Source: Gammaproteobacteria bacterium
Lineage (GTDB): Bacteria > Pseudomonadota > Gammaproteobacteria > Tethybacterales > CBDBMS01
Assembly: GCA_965207545.1 (NCBI GenBank)
Contig: CBDBMS010000003.1
Coordinates: forward strand, 525,433 to 589,432
Length of the DNA: 64,000 nt
Direction of reading: 5' to 3'
The notes below the pieces were generated by a model, which had not been told where the DNA came from, made no database searches, and saw only the letters and a list, made by a program, of their open reading frames with translations. Each line of letters opens with the position of its first letter. Positions within the stretch are counted from its first letter, which is position 1. Position numbers and translations under genes: made by a program. Shown here in pieces: positions 1 to 9,488 of this stretch.

Positions 1-876
1 GTCGAGAGTAAGCTGCACTCCTGCGCAGTGTGCGATGGCCGGCAGGTGCAAAACCGCATTAGTCGAGCCTCCGACAGCCATGACAACCGCCACTGCATTC
101 TCGAAGGCTTCGCGGGTCATGATGTCATGCGCTTTGACACCACGTCTGACCAGTTCGGCAAGGGTTTTCGCGGAATCCTGCGCGCTTTGCAGCTTTTCCT
201 CATCCTCGGCCGCCATCGTCGAGGAGTAGGGAAGACTCATGCCCATCGCCTCGATGGCGCTGGACATGGTGTTGGCAGTGAACATTCCACCACAGGACCC
301 TTTCCCCGGACAGGCACGTCTCTCGATCTCATCGAACTCGCTCTTGTCAATTGTGCCGGCACTGAACTGACCGACGGCCTCGAAACTGCTCACGATCGTC
401 AAATCACGCCCGTTGTAGGAGCCCGGCTTTATTGTCCCGCCGTAGACGTAGATCGAAGGGATATTGACTCTGCCTATCGCCATCATGCCTCCTGGCATGT
501 TCTTGTCACATCCGCCGACCACCAGCAGACCGTCTAGGCACTGGCCATTGGCAACGGTCTCAATCGAATCGGCGATGACCTCGCGCGACACAAGCGAATA
601 CTTCATCCCTTGGGTTCCCATGGAGATGCCGTCGGACACCGTGATTGTGCCAAACATCTGTGCCTTGACGTTGTTCCTCTCCAGCGTGCTGGCGGCCGCC
701 TCGGAAAGTTCGCCGAGGCCGGCATTGCAGGGCGTCACGTTGCTTTGTCCGTTTGCAACCCCCACAATCGGCTTTTCGAAGTCGTCATCGGAAAATCCGA
801 CGGCGCGAAGCATTGCCCGGTTGGGGGAGCGTGCCACTCCTTTGGTAATGGTATGGCTTCTCAGTTTTGAGGTCAT
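1..876 (-). CDS. ilvD: dihydroxy-acid dehydratase, N-terminal 292 codons (gene runs off the window start)
   Basis: Own minus-strand translation from the ATG at 876 gives [28 protein letters not shown]...GGCDKNMPG...[14 protein letters not shown], which are classic IlvD/Edd motifs. A GGGAGGA Shine-Dalgarno (rc of 885-891) lies 8 nt upstream. It is absent from the ORF track because it has no stop inside the window. Confidence 0.9.
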   Translation of the reverse strand, partial: MTSKLRSHTITKGVARSPNRAMLRAVGFSDDDFEKPIVGVANGQSNVTPCNAGLGELSEAAASTLERNNVKAQMFGTITVSDGISMGTQGMKYSLVSREVIADSIETVANGQCLDGLLVVGGCDKNMPGGMMAIGRVNIPSIYVYGGTIKPGSYNGRDLTIVSSFEAVGQFSAGTIDKSEFDEIERRACPGKGSCGGMFTANTMSSAIEAMGMSLPYSSTMAAEDEEKLQSAQDSAKTLAELVRRGVKAHDIMTREAFENAVAVVMAVGGSTNAVLHLPAIAHCAGVQLTLD

Positions 877-900
877 TGTTTGCATCCTCCCATGAACTGG

Positions 901-934
901 ATTCTATTGCTTTCAGTGACTGATATTCTATTGC
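901..934. repeat. exact 10-nt direct repeat ATTCTATTGC (901-910 and 925-934) in the ilvD/lgt divergent intergenic region
   Basis: Read directly from the sequence. On the ilvD strand each copy reads GCAATAGAAT and so contains a TAGAAT -10-like hexamer. Confidence 0.6.
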
Positions 935-1054
935 GAACAGTAGGCTTCGGGATGCGGCGGTTTCGACAGCATGGCGAAGCCGTTAGAATCCTTGATCAAG
1001 GAGGGATTGACGGGTTGCCTTAAGAACGCGGTTTACCGTCTCGCATGAATTGAC

Positions 1055-1894
1055 ATGACTATAGATATTGATCCGGTCGCTTTTCGCCTGTTCGGAGCGA
1101 GTGTCCACTGGTACGGGCTGATGTACATTCTGGGCTTCTACCTGTTTTTCAACTCTGCCAGCAAAAGAATCGGAAGAAAAGGGGAGGCGCATCTGATGCA
1201 TGCCGTTCTCAATAACTGGCTTTTGCACTACAGCATTGTCGGTGTGCTGATCGGCGGCCGTCTTGGATATGTGCTGTTCTACGCTCCCGGCTATTACGCG
1301 TCGAATCCGCTTGGGATACTGAAGATATGGGAAGGCGGCATGTCCTTTCACGGTGGTCTGATAGGGGTGTTGGCCGCCGTTCTGCTCACTTCCCGGATGT
1401 CAAAAATCTCGTTCTTTGCGATCACCGACTTTATTGCGCCTTTCGTTCCCATTGGACTCGGTCTGGGGCGGCTTGGCAACTTCATCAACGGAGAATTGTG
1501 GGGCAGGGCCACGGAACTTCCTTGGGGCGTGGTGTTCCCTGACGGTGGAAATGTCACTCGTCATCCCTCGCAGCTTTACGAACTTGCACTTGAAGGCGTT
1601 GCACTTTGGTTGATTCTGAGCGCCTTTTCGAAAAAGCCCAGGCCGCTGATGCAGACATCGGCCCTGTTTCTGGTCGCCTATGGCGTGTTCAGGTTCGGGG
1701 TGGAGTTCACCCGCGAACCCGACAGTCATTTAGGGTTGCTCGCACTTGATCTTTCCATGGGGCAATGGCTAAGCCTGCCGATGGTTCTGCTGGGTGGATT
1801 TCTGTTCCTGCGCTCACGCGGACAGGAGCCATTCCAGTATGTCTTGCCTGCCAAAGGCAGGAAAGGGTCCCAATCCAAGGGCAACAGATCCTAG
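1055..1894 (+). CDS. lgt: prolipoprotein diacylglyceryl transferase
   Basis: 279-aa multi-TM ORF with Lgt-typical stretches GGMSFHGGLIGV and GRLGNFINGELWGR. Confidence 0.9.
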   Translation: MTIDIDPVAFRLFGASVHWYGLMYILGFYLFFNSASKRIGRKGEAHLMHAVLNNWLLHYSIVGVLIGGRLGYVLFYAPGYYASNPLGILKIWEGGMSFHGGLIGVLAAVLLTSRMSKISFFAITDFIAPFVPIGLGLGRLGNFINGELWGRATELPWGVVFPDGGNVTRHPSQLYELALEGVALWLILSAFSKKPRPLMQTSALFLVAYGVFRFGVEFTREPDSHLGLLALDLSMGQWLSLPMVLLGGFLFLRSRGQEPFQYVLPAKGRKGSQSKGNRS

Positions 1895-4089
1895 AATGGC
1901 GACTGGGTGGATGAAGGGCTGACGCTTATGCGCTCAGCCGTCACGACCTCGTCCGCAGCGCGAAGTTTTCCGAGAAGTGCGCGGCACCGCGATAGGGAAT
2001 TGACTTCGACTGTCACATCTATCGTCACATGTTGATTGCTGAGTTTTCCGTCCTGCATGCGGAAGCCCTCGATGTTGATCTCGTTGTCGCTGGAAATTAG
2101 CGAGAATACCGTTGACGTGATCCCCGGCCTGTTCACGCACTGGATACGCAACGGCACAATGTAGTGTCGCTTTTCCGCCTTCTCGTCCCAATCGACGTCT
2201 AGCCAGGCCGAATTCCCTTTTTGCGCGTGCAATTCGGGACAGTCGTGCCGATGGATGGTAAGCCCCCGGCCTTTGTGAATCAGGCCAACAATCGATTCAC
2301 CCGGTAGCGGATGACAGCAATCGGCAAATCTGGTTGCCGAAGTGAGTGTTCCTCCGACGGCGATCGGAGGAACTTCCGTAACGGTTTTTTTCTTGGCCTT
2401 TTCCCCTGACATTGTCATAAGGCTGTACGCGATCAGGTCACTGGAGAGCTTGCCTAGGCCGATTTCCTTGTGGAGATCATCGTGCGATGCAAAAGGCTTG
2501 CCTTTGAAGAACTTGTTCCACTGGTCTTCGGTGATTTTCTCTATGCTGGAATCCAGCTTGTTCAGGGACACAATAAGCAGCTGCTTTCCGAGTTTTCCTG
2601 CCTGGTCGGCATCGTCCATTCGCAGTTTGTTACGGATTTGCGACCTTGCCTTCGCGGTGGTGACGAAGCCGAGCCAGTGAGGTAATGGCGTTGAGCGTTC
2701 ACTGGACGTGACAACTTCAACGACATCACCTGTGGAAAGCCTCGTTGACAGGGGCATCGGCTTGCCGTTGATGCGTACAAAGGAAGCCTTGTTGCCAAGA
2801 TCCGAATGGATCGTGTAGGCAAAGTCCAGCGCAGTCGAGTTCTTTGGAACGGTGATGATGACTCCTTTCGGAGTCATGATGTAGCTTTCGTCAGGATACA
2901 GATCAATCTTGACGTTCTCCAGAAACTCGTGTGGATTGCTCGGCTCAATGTACAGGTCGATCAGGCTCTGCAGCCTTTGGTTCGCCGCCATCTGGACATT
3001 TTCTCCGACGTTGTCACTGCTCCGCTTGTAGAGCCAGTGGGCAGCAAGGCCTTGTTCGGCGAACGCGTGCATGCTTTCGGTGCGGATCTGAAGTTCAAGG
3101 GTGACGCCGCTCCGCTCCTTGACAGTTGTGTGCAGGGACTGGTAGCCGTTTGACTTCGGCACTGCAATATAGTCGTCGAACTTGGTCGGAATCGGCTGGA
3201 AGAACATGTGCAGAACCCCCAAGGCACGGTAGCAGGCTAGACGGTCCTTGACAATGATCCGGAAGCCCATGATGTCCTCGACATCGGAGAAGCTAAGGTG
3301 CTTGGCCACCATCTTCTTGTAGATGCTGAACAGGTTCTTTTCACGTCCCGACACGATGGCGTTGATCTCATGTTCCTTGAGTTGATGTACGATCTGCTCA
3401 CGTAGGCGGTCGAGAGCTTTTCGGTGGTGACCGCCAGAGTGCTTAAGCGCTTTGGAGAGAACCCGGAACCTGTGGGGATAAAGATGCCTGAAGGAAAGGT
3501 TTTCCAGTTCGCGGCACACGGAAGACATGCCCAGCCTGTCCGCTATCGGTGCATAGATCTCAAGGGTTTCGCGGGCGATCCGTTTTCTCTTGTCCCTGTT
3601 GGTGATGTGCGACAGCGTCTTGATGTTGTGTAGCCGGTCCGCGAGCTTGATGAAGATCACCCGCCAGTCCTTGGATATTGCGAGAAGGATCTTTCGAAAG
3701 TTCTCCGCCTGGCGCACCTCCATGGCTTGGCTCTCTATCTTCTCGATCTTGCTAACGCCGTCAACCAGGGTGGCTATGCTCCCTCCGAATCTTTCGCTGA
3801 TCAGTTGCAGGGTGACGGAGGTGTCCTCAATGGAATCATGGAGGATGGCCGCAATGATCGCCTGATGGTCCATTTCCCATTCGTTAAGCACGCTGGCCAC
3901 CGTGATGGGATGAGTGATGAAAGGCTGACCGCTGGCTCTCGACTGTCCTGCGTGAGCGCGGTTGCTGTAATCTACAGCTTGATCGAAGAGATCAAGCTGT
4001 TCGTTTGTGAGACGTGTGGCAAGGCTCTTCCTGAGACTTGCCGTTATCGTGAAGCCGGTTGCAGGAGTGGGATGTTCCACGGCTTCCAT
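1891..4089 (-). CDS. spoT: bifunctional (p)ppGpp synthetase/hydrolase (RSH family)
   Basis: 732 aa with the HD hydrolase motif HDSIEDT, the synthetase core GYQSLHTTV, and TGS plus ACT-like C-terminal regions. It sits in the conserved gmk-rpoZ-spoT order. Confidence 0.9.
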   Translation of the reverse strand: MEAVEHPTPATGFTITASLRKSLATRLTNEQLDLFDQAVDYSNRAHAGQSRASGQPFITHPITVASVLNEWEMDHQAIIAAILHDSIEDTSVTLQLISERFGGSIATLVDGVSKIEKIESQAMEVRQAENFRKILLAISKDWRVIFIKLADRLHNIKTLSHITNRDKRKRIARETLEIYAPIADRLGMSSVCRELENLSFRHLYPHRFRVLSKALKHSGGHHRKALDRLREQIVHQLKEHEINAIVSGREKNLFSIYKKMVAKHLSFSDVEDIMGFRIIVKDRLACYRALGVLHMFFQPIPTKFDDYIAVPKSNGYQSLHTTVKERSGVTLELQIRTESMHAFAEQGLAAHWLYKRSSDNVGENVQMAANQRLQSLIDLYIEPSNPHEFLENVKIDLYPDESYIMTPKGVIITVPKNSTALDFAYTIHSDLGNKASFVRINGKPMPLSTRLSTGDVVEVVTSSERSTPLPHWLGFVTTAKARSQIRNKLRMDDADQAGKLGKQLLIVSLNKLDSSIEKITEDQWNKFFKGKPFASHDDLHKEIGLGKLSSDLIAYSLMTMSGEKAKKKTVTEVPPIAVGGTLTSATRFADCCHPLPGESIVGLIHKGRGLTIHRHDCPELHAQKGNSAWLDVDWDEKAEKRHYIVPLRIQCVNRPGITSTVFSLISSDNEINIEGFRMQDGKLSNQHVTIDVTVEVNSLSRCRALLGKLRAADEVVTAERISVSPSSTQSPF

Positions 4090-4115
4090 AAGGGGACCAT
4101 TACGCCGGCAGCGGG

Positions 4116-4403
4116 TTAGCTCGGCTTCTTCTCTTCCTCCGCCTGTTCCTCGGCTTCGGAGGCTTCGTTCAAGGGATTCCCAGACAGGTCGGGGTCGGCT
4201 ATGCCCTCCGCGACGGCAACTTCTTCGAGAAGCCCCTTGCTGATTTCCCTTAGGGCAATGACGATAGGCTTGTCATTGTCCTGCTCGACCCAGCCAGTAT
4301 CGCCGCTGGACGTCATTTTGCGGGCACGATCCGTGGCGATCATGGTCAATTCGAAATGGTTCGGACAGTTTTTGAGACAGTCCTCTACGGTTGTTCTAGC
4401 CAT
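4116..4403 (-). CDS. rpoZ: DNA-directed RNA polymerase omega subunit
   Basis: 95 aa. The N-terminus [10 protein letters not shown]...[14 protein letters not shown] is typical of omega, and the gene lies between gmk and spoT. Confidence 0.9.
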   Translation of the reverse strand: MARTTVEDCLKNCPNHFELTMIATDRARKMTSSGDTGWVEQDNDKPIVIALREISKGLLEEVAVAEGIADPDLSGNPLNEASEAEEQAEEEKKPS

Positions 4404-4405
4404 GT

Positions 4406-5026
4406 TCAGTTGCCGTCTTGTTCCTTTGTTGGTTCAAGTATTTGCGCCACCTCATCGCTCATGCAGGCGTAACGTAGCCGGTTGGCGCACAGGATTTGCA
4501 GAAAACCGTCAACAGATTCCTTCAAATCCCTGTTAATTATAACATAGTCGTACTCGCTGGCATGTGCCATTTCCCTTGGGGCTGCATCGAGTCTTCTGGC
4601 AATCACCTTGGCTGAATCCTGTCCTCGTCTCTGCAGGCGCTTCCTGAGATCCTCCATCGAAGGGGGCAGCACAAACACTGAGATCGCGTCGGGCATCTTC
4701 TCCCGGACCAGGCGCGCACCCTGCCAGTCAATCTCCAGTAGAACGTTCTTGCCGTTGCTGTTCTGTTTCCTGATCCACGGAAGAGGGGTTCCGTACCAGT
4801 GTCCATGCACGTTGGCGTACTCAAGCATTTCACCGGCATCGCGCTTTTGCAGGAATTCCTCCTCGGTGATGAAGAAATATGCGACACCGTCCTCCTCCTC
4901 CTGTCGGCGGGGGCGTGTTGTGTACGAAACTGACAGGCTGATCTCGCCTGTGGCGGCAATACGTTTCGAGATGCTCGACTTGCCGGCGCCTGAGGGAGCG
5001 GATATGATGTACAGATTGCCTTTCAT
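4406..5026 (-). CDS. gmk: guanylate kinase
   Basis: P-loop [10 protein letters not shown]. The start is set at the internal ATG (MKGNLYII, cat at 5024-5026), which lies 1 nt from the yicC stop. The ORF-track start at 5065 would overlap yicC. Confidence 0.9.
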   Translation of the reverse strand: MKGNLYIISAPSGAGKSSISKRIAATGEISLSVSYTTRPRRQEEEDGVAYFFITEEEFLQKRDAGEMLEYANVHGHWYGTPLPWIRKQNSNGKNVLLEIDWQGARLVREKMPDAISVFVLPPSMEDLRKRLQRRGQDSAKVIARRLDAAPREMAHASEYDYVIINRDLKESVDGFLQILCANRLRYACMSDEVAQILEPTKEQDGN

Positions 5027-5027
5027 G

Positions 5028-5888
5028 TCATTCCAGATTCTGCACCTGTTCACGCATGCGCTCAATCAACAGGCTTAAGGCAATGGCTTTGCGGGAAACG
5101 GATGCGTCTGCAGCCTTGGAGGTCATGGTGCCTGATTCGCGCCTGCATTCCTGTAGCACAAAGTCGAGCTTTTTGCCAACGGTTCCCCCTTGGGTCAGCG
5201 CCTGCCCAAGCTCCTCTAGATGGGACTTGAGGCGGTCCGCTTCTTCACTGAAGTCGGCCTTTGAGCATGCGAGGGCGATTTCAGACCTTAGCCTCGGATC
5301 CTCTTCGCCTTCAAGCGTGCGAAGCCTGTCTGCAACAGTCTTTGCTGTGTTTTCCCTAATCGCATCGGCGTTGAAGACAATGTCACCGACGATGGATTGT
5401 GCCTCGGACAGGGTTTCCAGGAGAAACTTCCGTAGCCTGTTTCCCTCGGCAATCCTGGATTGAAGGAGTCCTTCAATGAGCATGTCCATGGCCTCAAGGA
5501 AATCGGATCCTTGCTGTCCATCGGCAGGCGCTGAGGAGAGTTTTTCGCCAAGATGCAGCAGTTCCGCAAGAGAAGGTTTCCGAAGGCTGATCCCTTCCTT
5601 TTCGAGTCTGCTGTGAGCATCCCTGACTACTTCGATAAGGTCGGAACCAAGGGCAAGATCCTGTCCGGAGAGCGATTTTTCGACAATGACCGTGACGCGC
5701 CCTCTGGACAGTCTTTTCCGAAACCGCTGAAGCGCTTCGTGCAGTGTGCCGACAAAACCTGGTGGCACCTTGAAGTCCACGTCCAGCGTCTTCTGGTTGA
5801 CTGAGCGAACCATGAAGCGGTGGCGTGTTCCCTGGATGCCATGTTCCAAGTCTGCATATCCGGTCATGCTGGATATTGGCTGGTTCAT
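5028..5888 (-). CDS. yicC: YicC/YloC family stress-induced protein
   Basis: 286 aa with the family-typical SMTGYA N-terminus and a helical C-terminal domain. It occupies the conserved position upstream of gmk. Confidence 0.8.
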   Translation of the reverse strand: MNQPISSMTGYADLEHGIQGTRHRFMVRSVNQKTLDVDFKVPPGFVGTLHEALQRFRKRLSRGRVTVIVEKSLSGQDLALGSDLIEVVRDAHSRLEKEGISLRKPSLAELLHLGEKLSSAPADGQQGSDFLEAMDMLIEGLLQSRIAEGNRLRKFLLETLSEAQSIVGDIVFNADAIRENTAKTVADRLRTLEGEEDPRLRSEIALACSKADFSEEADRLKSHLEELGQALTQGGTVGKKLDFVLQECRRESGTMTSKAADASVSRKAIALSLLIERMREQVQNLE

Positions 5889-5975
5889 GGGTAGATTGTA
5901 ATTACTTTATGGTGTGGTCACTGAAAATCAGTCCGTAGTGGGGAATATAATCAGGTTGTAAATCCGGACTCACAT

Positions 5976-7340
5976 ATGGCAACAGCAGCCTTGACACATT
6001 CAAAGGAGTTGGACCGAAGGCACCATCTCCACCCGTTCACAAACCACCATAGTCTGGACAGCAAGGGTGTCCGGATCATCACCAACGCTAAAGGTGTCTA
6101 TGTCTGGGATTCCGATGGCAACAAGATATTGGACGGCATGGCCGGCCTTTGGTGCGTAAACATTGGCTATGGACGGATCGAACTGGCCGATGCGGCCCAT
6201 GCGCAAATAGGCAAGTTGGCTTACTACAACAACTTTTTCCAATGCTCCAACGAGCCGGCGGCTGTCCTTTCGGAAAGGCTTGCATCCTTGGCTCCAGGCT
6301 TTTCCCATGTCTTCTTCACAAACTCCGGTTCGGAAGCAAACGACACTGTGGTTCGCATGGTTCGCCAATACTGGAGTTTCCTCGGAAAGCCGGAACGCAA
6401 TGTGATCATATCCCGGCATAACAGTTATCATGGGAGCACCATGGCAGGCACATCCTTGGGAGGCATGGCGGCCATGCATGCGCAGGGTGGCCCCATGCTT
6501 GAGGGCATTGTGCATATCATGCAACCTTACCAGTTTGCCGAGACGAGAGAAATGGATCCCGGCGAGTTTGGGCTGGAAGCGGCTAGAGCCCTTGAAAGCA
6601 AGATCGAGGAGATTGGTGTAGAGCGTGTGGCTGCGTTCATTGGAGAGCCTGTGCAGGGCGCTGGTGGAGTTGTCATACCACCAGCCACCTATTGGCCTGA
6701 GATTCAACGGATCTGCCGAAAACATGGCATCCTGCTTGTGGCTGACGAGGTGATTTGTGGTTTTGGGCGGGTTGGCCAATGGTTTGGCTCTATACACTTC
6801 AACATCAAACCTGACATCATGCCCATAGCAAAGGCTCTTACTTCGGGATATGTTCCCATGGGTGGCGTCATGGTTGGCGACAGGGTTGCCGAGGTTTTTG
6901 CCAAGGGAGATTTCGAGTTCGCCCACGGATTCACCAGTAGCGGTCATCCCGTTTGTGCCGCTGTTGCACTTGAGAACCTGAGGATTCTTGAGGACGAATG
7001 TATCATTGAAAATGCTAGTGAAAAGATTGCCCCTTATTTCCAGAAGGCTCTTATGGAACTTGGTGACCATCCGCTGGTTGGCGAAGTTCGTGGCGTTCAG
7101 ATGCTGGGTGCGATGGAACTGGTCAGGGATAAGGGGACATGTGAGCGGTTTCTCGGCAATGGTGTTGCCGGCCAGGTGTGCAGAGATATTTCACTGAGGA
7201 ACGGTTTGGTCATGCGTTCGGTGGGTGACACAATGGTTTTGTCGCCGCCACTTGTCATAACAAGAAACGAGATCGACGAATTGTTTGACAAGGCACGACG
7301 CACTCTTGACGAGACACACGCTTCACTTCAACAGTCATGA
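5976..7340 (+). CDS. spuC: class-III PLP aminotransferase, putrescine/omega-amino acid--pyruvate type (SpuC-like)
   Basis: 454 aa. HHLHPFT...GVYVWDSDGNKILDGMAGLWCVNIGYGR...SGSEANDT...YHGST closely follows the SpuC-type pattern. It is adjacent to a polyamine-type ABC importer. Confidence 0.75.
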   Translation: MATAALTHSKELDRRHHLHPFTNHHSLDSKGVRIITNAKGVYVWDSDGNKILDGMAGLWCVNIGYGRIELADAAHAQIGKLAYYNNFFQCSNEPAAVLSERLASLAPGFSHVFFTNSGSEANDTVVRMVRQYWSFLGKPERNVIISRHNSYHGSTMAGTSLGGMAAMHAQGGPMLEGIVHIMQPYQFAETREMDPGEFGLEAARALESKIEEIGVERVAAFIGEPVQGAGGVVIPPATYWPEIQRICRKHGILLVADEVICGFGRVGQWFGSIHFNIKPDIMPIAKALTSGYVPMGGVMVGDRVAEVFAKGDFEFAHGFTSSGHPVCAAVALENLRILEDECIIENASEKIAPYFQKALMELGDHPLVGEVRGVQMLGAMELVRDKGTCERFLGNGVAGQVCRDISLRNGLVMRSVGDTMVLSPPLVITRNEIDELFDKARRTLDETHASLQQS

Positions 7341-7515
7341 CTTCCCTTCATTCCGAACAACAGCGAGAGGTATCGGGAAAGAAGTCGCTTAGGGTGGCGC
7401 TTGTACAGTGTGCCGGAGCGCAGAATACCGAGGGAAATTGGAAAAGAGTGGAGGCAGAGACGGTATTAGCCGCTTAAAGCCCGGTGCGGCCGGACTTACT
7501 GGTGTTTCCGGATTG
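7337..7515 (+). pseudogene. relic of a carbon-nitrogen hydrolase (nitrilase-superfamily) gene: N-terminal ~60 codons with an in-frame TAA, truncated at the potA 3' end
   Basis: Own translation. The ATG at 7337 overlaps the spuC stop (ATGA). The frame reads MTSLHSEQQREVSGKKSLRVALVQCAGAQNTEGNWKRVEAETVLAA, then TAA at 7475-7477, then [14 protein letters not shown] in the same frame. This matches the CN-hydrolase N-terminal pattern ([KR]-V-A-L-V-Q ... N ... AA..GA-DL-[IV]-V-F-P-E). The remaining ~200 codons are missing. Confidence 0.4.
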
Positions 7516-8640
7516 TTATTCGGTCAGCAGTAGAAAGTCGGTAGGTAGCCAGCAAGCCCATACCTTTTCGCCGATCTCGTAACTCTCCTCTCCGCGGCGG
7601 TTGTTAGTGACCGAGGCAACCAGGCTTGCACCATTGTCAAGATTGAGATGAAGCTGGCTCTCATTGCCGTGATAGGAGAGGTTTGTGACTGTTGCGGGAT
7701 AGACAAGGAGATCCTTTTCCTCAGGTTTCTTTTCGTACACCCATATCTTTTCAGGCCGCACCGCAAGACCTATCCGCGAGTGCTTCGAGAGGTCACGATC
7801 CTTCTGGACAGGAATCGCCAGTTTGCCTAGATTTTTCTCAGTTACTGTCACGGTTGCATTGGACGGGCTTGGTGCTTCAATCTCGGATTCGAACAGATTC
7901 ATGCTTCCTATAAAGCCTGCGACAAATCGGCTGGACGGATATTCATAGACCCCTGTGGGCGTCGAATCCTGACATATGCGCCCTTCGTTCATGACAACTA
8001 TTCTGCTGGCTATCGAAAGCGCCTCGTCTTGGTCATGTGTTACGATGACGAAGGTGATACCGACTTTTTTCTGTATCTTGACCAGTTCCTCCTGCATGAT
8101 GATCCTCAGGTTTGCGTCAAGAGCGGACAGTGGCTCGTCCAGAAGAAGCAGGGTGGGGCGCTTGATGAGGGCGCGGGCCAGTGCGACCCGTTGCCTCTGT
8201 CCGCCGGAGAGTTGGTCAGGCATTCTTTCACCCATTCCAGGAAGTTGCACCAGATCAAGTATTTCCTGCACACGACTGTTGATCTCGGTTTTGTTGACGC
8301 CGGTGACTTTCAGCCCATAGGCAATGTTCTCATGGACAGTCATATGCGGAAAGATGGCGTACGACTGAAATACCATGTTAACTGGACGCCTGTTTGGCGA
8401 AAAGCCAGTCATGTCTTCGCCGGCAATGTGCACCGAGCCAGTGGTGGGCGCCTCGAAGCCGCCAATGATGCGCAGGAGCGTGGTCTTGCCGCAGCCGGAG
8501 GGGCCTAGAAGCGCCAGGAATTCCTGGTCGTATATCTCGAGGTCAATCGTGTCTAGCGCCGTTACATTGCCGAACCTCTTCGATACGCCTCGTATCTGGA
8601 CTAGGGATTTCGCCCCAGCCGTTGGTTTCATTCCATTCAT
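7516..8640 (-). CDS. potA: polyamine-type ABC transporter ATP-binding protein
   Basis: Walker [10 protein letters not shown], signature [15 protein letters not shown], Walker [13 protein letters not shown], and a PotA-like C-terminal regulatory domain. The start is set at the ATG at 8640, which shares one base with the potC stop (TGATG). Confidence 0.85.
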   Translation of the reverse strand: MNGMKPTAGAKSLVQIRGVSKRFGNVTALDTIDLEIYDQEFLALLGPSGCGKTTLLRIIGGFEAPTTGSVHIAGEDMTGFSPNRRPVNMVFQSYAIFPHMTVHENIAYGLKVTGVNKTEINSRVQEILDLVQLPGMGERMPDQLSGGQRQRVALARALIKRPTLLLLDEPLSALDANLRIIMQEELVKIQKKVGITFVIVTHDQDEALSIASRIVVMNEGRICQDSTPTGVYEYPSSRFVAGFIGSMNLFESEIEAPSPSNATVTVTEKNLGKLAIPVQKDRDLSKHSRIGLAVRPEKIWVYEKKPEEKDLLVYPATVTNLSYHGNESQLHLNLDNGASLVASVTNNRRGEESYEIGEKVWACWLPTDFLLLTE

Positions 8641-9479
8641 CACTGCAGATTGGTTGCCTTGTGCTTGCTCTGGAGCCATCCCCACCACCCTACGGAAAGC
8701 ACAGTGATTACTATCAGTATGGTGGATGCCGCATTGACTTCCGGGCTTACTGAAAAACGGACCATTGACACAATCTTGACGGGCAAGGTCACGCTGTAGG
8801 GACCTGCTGTGAAGAAAGTGATGACAAAATCGTCAAGAGACAGCATGAATGCAATCAACGCTCCGGCGATAATGGCCGGTTTGATTTGCGGCAGCAATAT
8901 GTCGGTCATTGCTTGCCAGCGTGTTGCGCCGAGATCTAGGGCTGCGTACTCCAGCTCTTGGTTCAGCCGTGCTAGGCGACCGCGCACAATAAGAGCCACG
9001 AATGGGAAGGTAAAGGTGACATGTGCAATGATGATGTTGAGGAGAGTGGCTGGCCAGGGCAATTCCACAGGCCAGTCGATGCGCCTGAAAAAGACGAGCA
9101 TTGCCACTCCCATGCAAATCTCAGGAATCACGATCGGTAGCGAGTAGGCGCCTTCCAGCAAGGGTTTGAAGCGGAAACGGAAGCGCCACATGAAGACCGC
9201 TGTCAGCACTCCGAGAGCAGTGCCGATGATTGTGTTGAAGAATGCAATGGTCAGTGAATTGACGAATGCGTCAAAAAGCGATTCATTCTTGAACGCCTTA
9301 ACGTAGTACTTCGTCGTGAACCCTCTCCAGACAATGTTACGCTTCGAATCGTTGAAGCTGAATATTGCCATGATGACGATTGGGGCGTAGAGTGCGAACA
9401 TGAAAACAAAGATGAATATCTTCATCCAGAGATGCCCGAAGTAGTCGAACGTGCCGGTTCTTCTTTCTTGTTGCACCAT
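8640..9479 (-). CDS. potC: polyamine-type ABC transporter permease
   Basis: 279-aa 6-TM permease with the EAA loop AALDLGATRWQAMTDILLPQIKPA. Confidence 0.8.
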   Translation of the reverse strand: MVQQERRTGTFDYFGHLWMKIFIFVFMFALYAPIVIMAIFSFNDSKRNIVWRGFTTKYYVKAFKNESLFDAFVNSLTIAFFNTIIGTALGVLTAVFMWRFRFRFKPLLEGAYSLPIVIPEICMGVAMLVFFRRIDWPVELPWPATLLNIIIAHVTFTFPFVALIVRGRLARLNQELEYAALDLGATRWQAMTDILLPQIKPAIIAGALIAFMLSLDDFVITFFTAGPYSVTLPVKIVSMVRFSVSPEVNAASTILIVITVLSVGWWGWLQSKHKATNLQ

Positions 9480-9488
9480 GCCTGTCTT

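Noticed and set aside
983-1351. 122-aa minus-strand ORF in the ilvD/lgt region.
   Set aside because: It mostly overlaps lgt on the opposite strand and shows no motif support.
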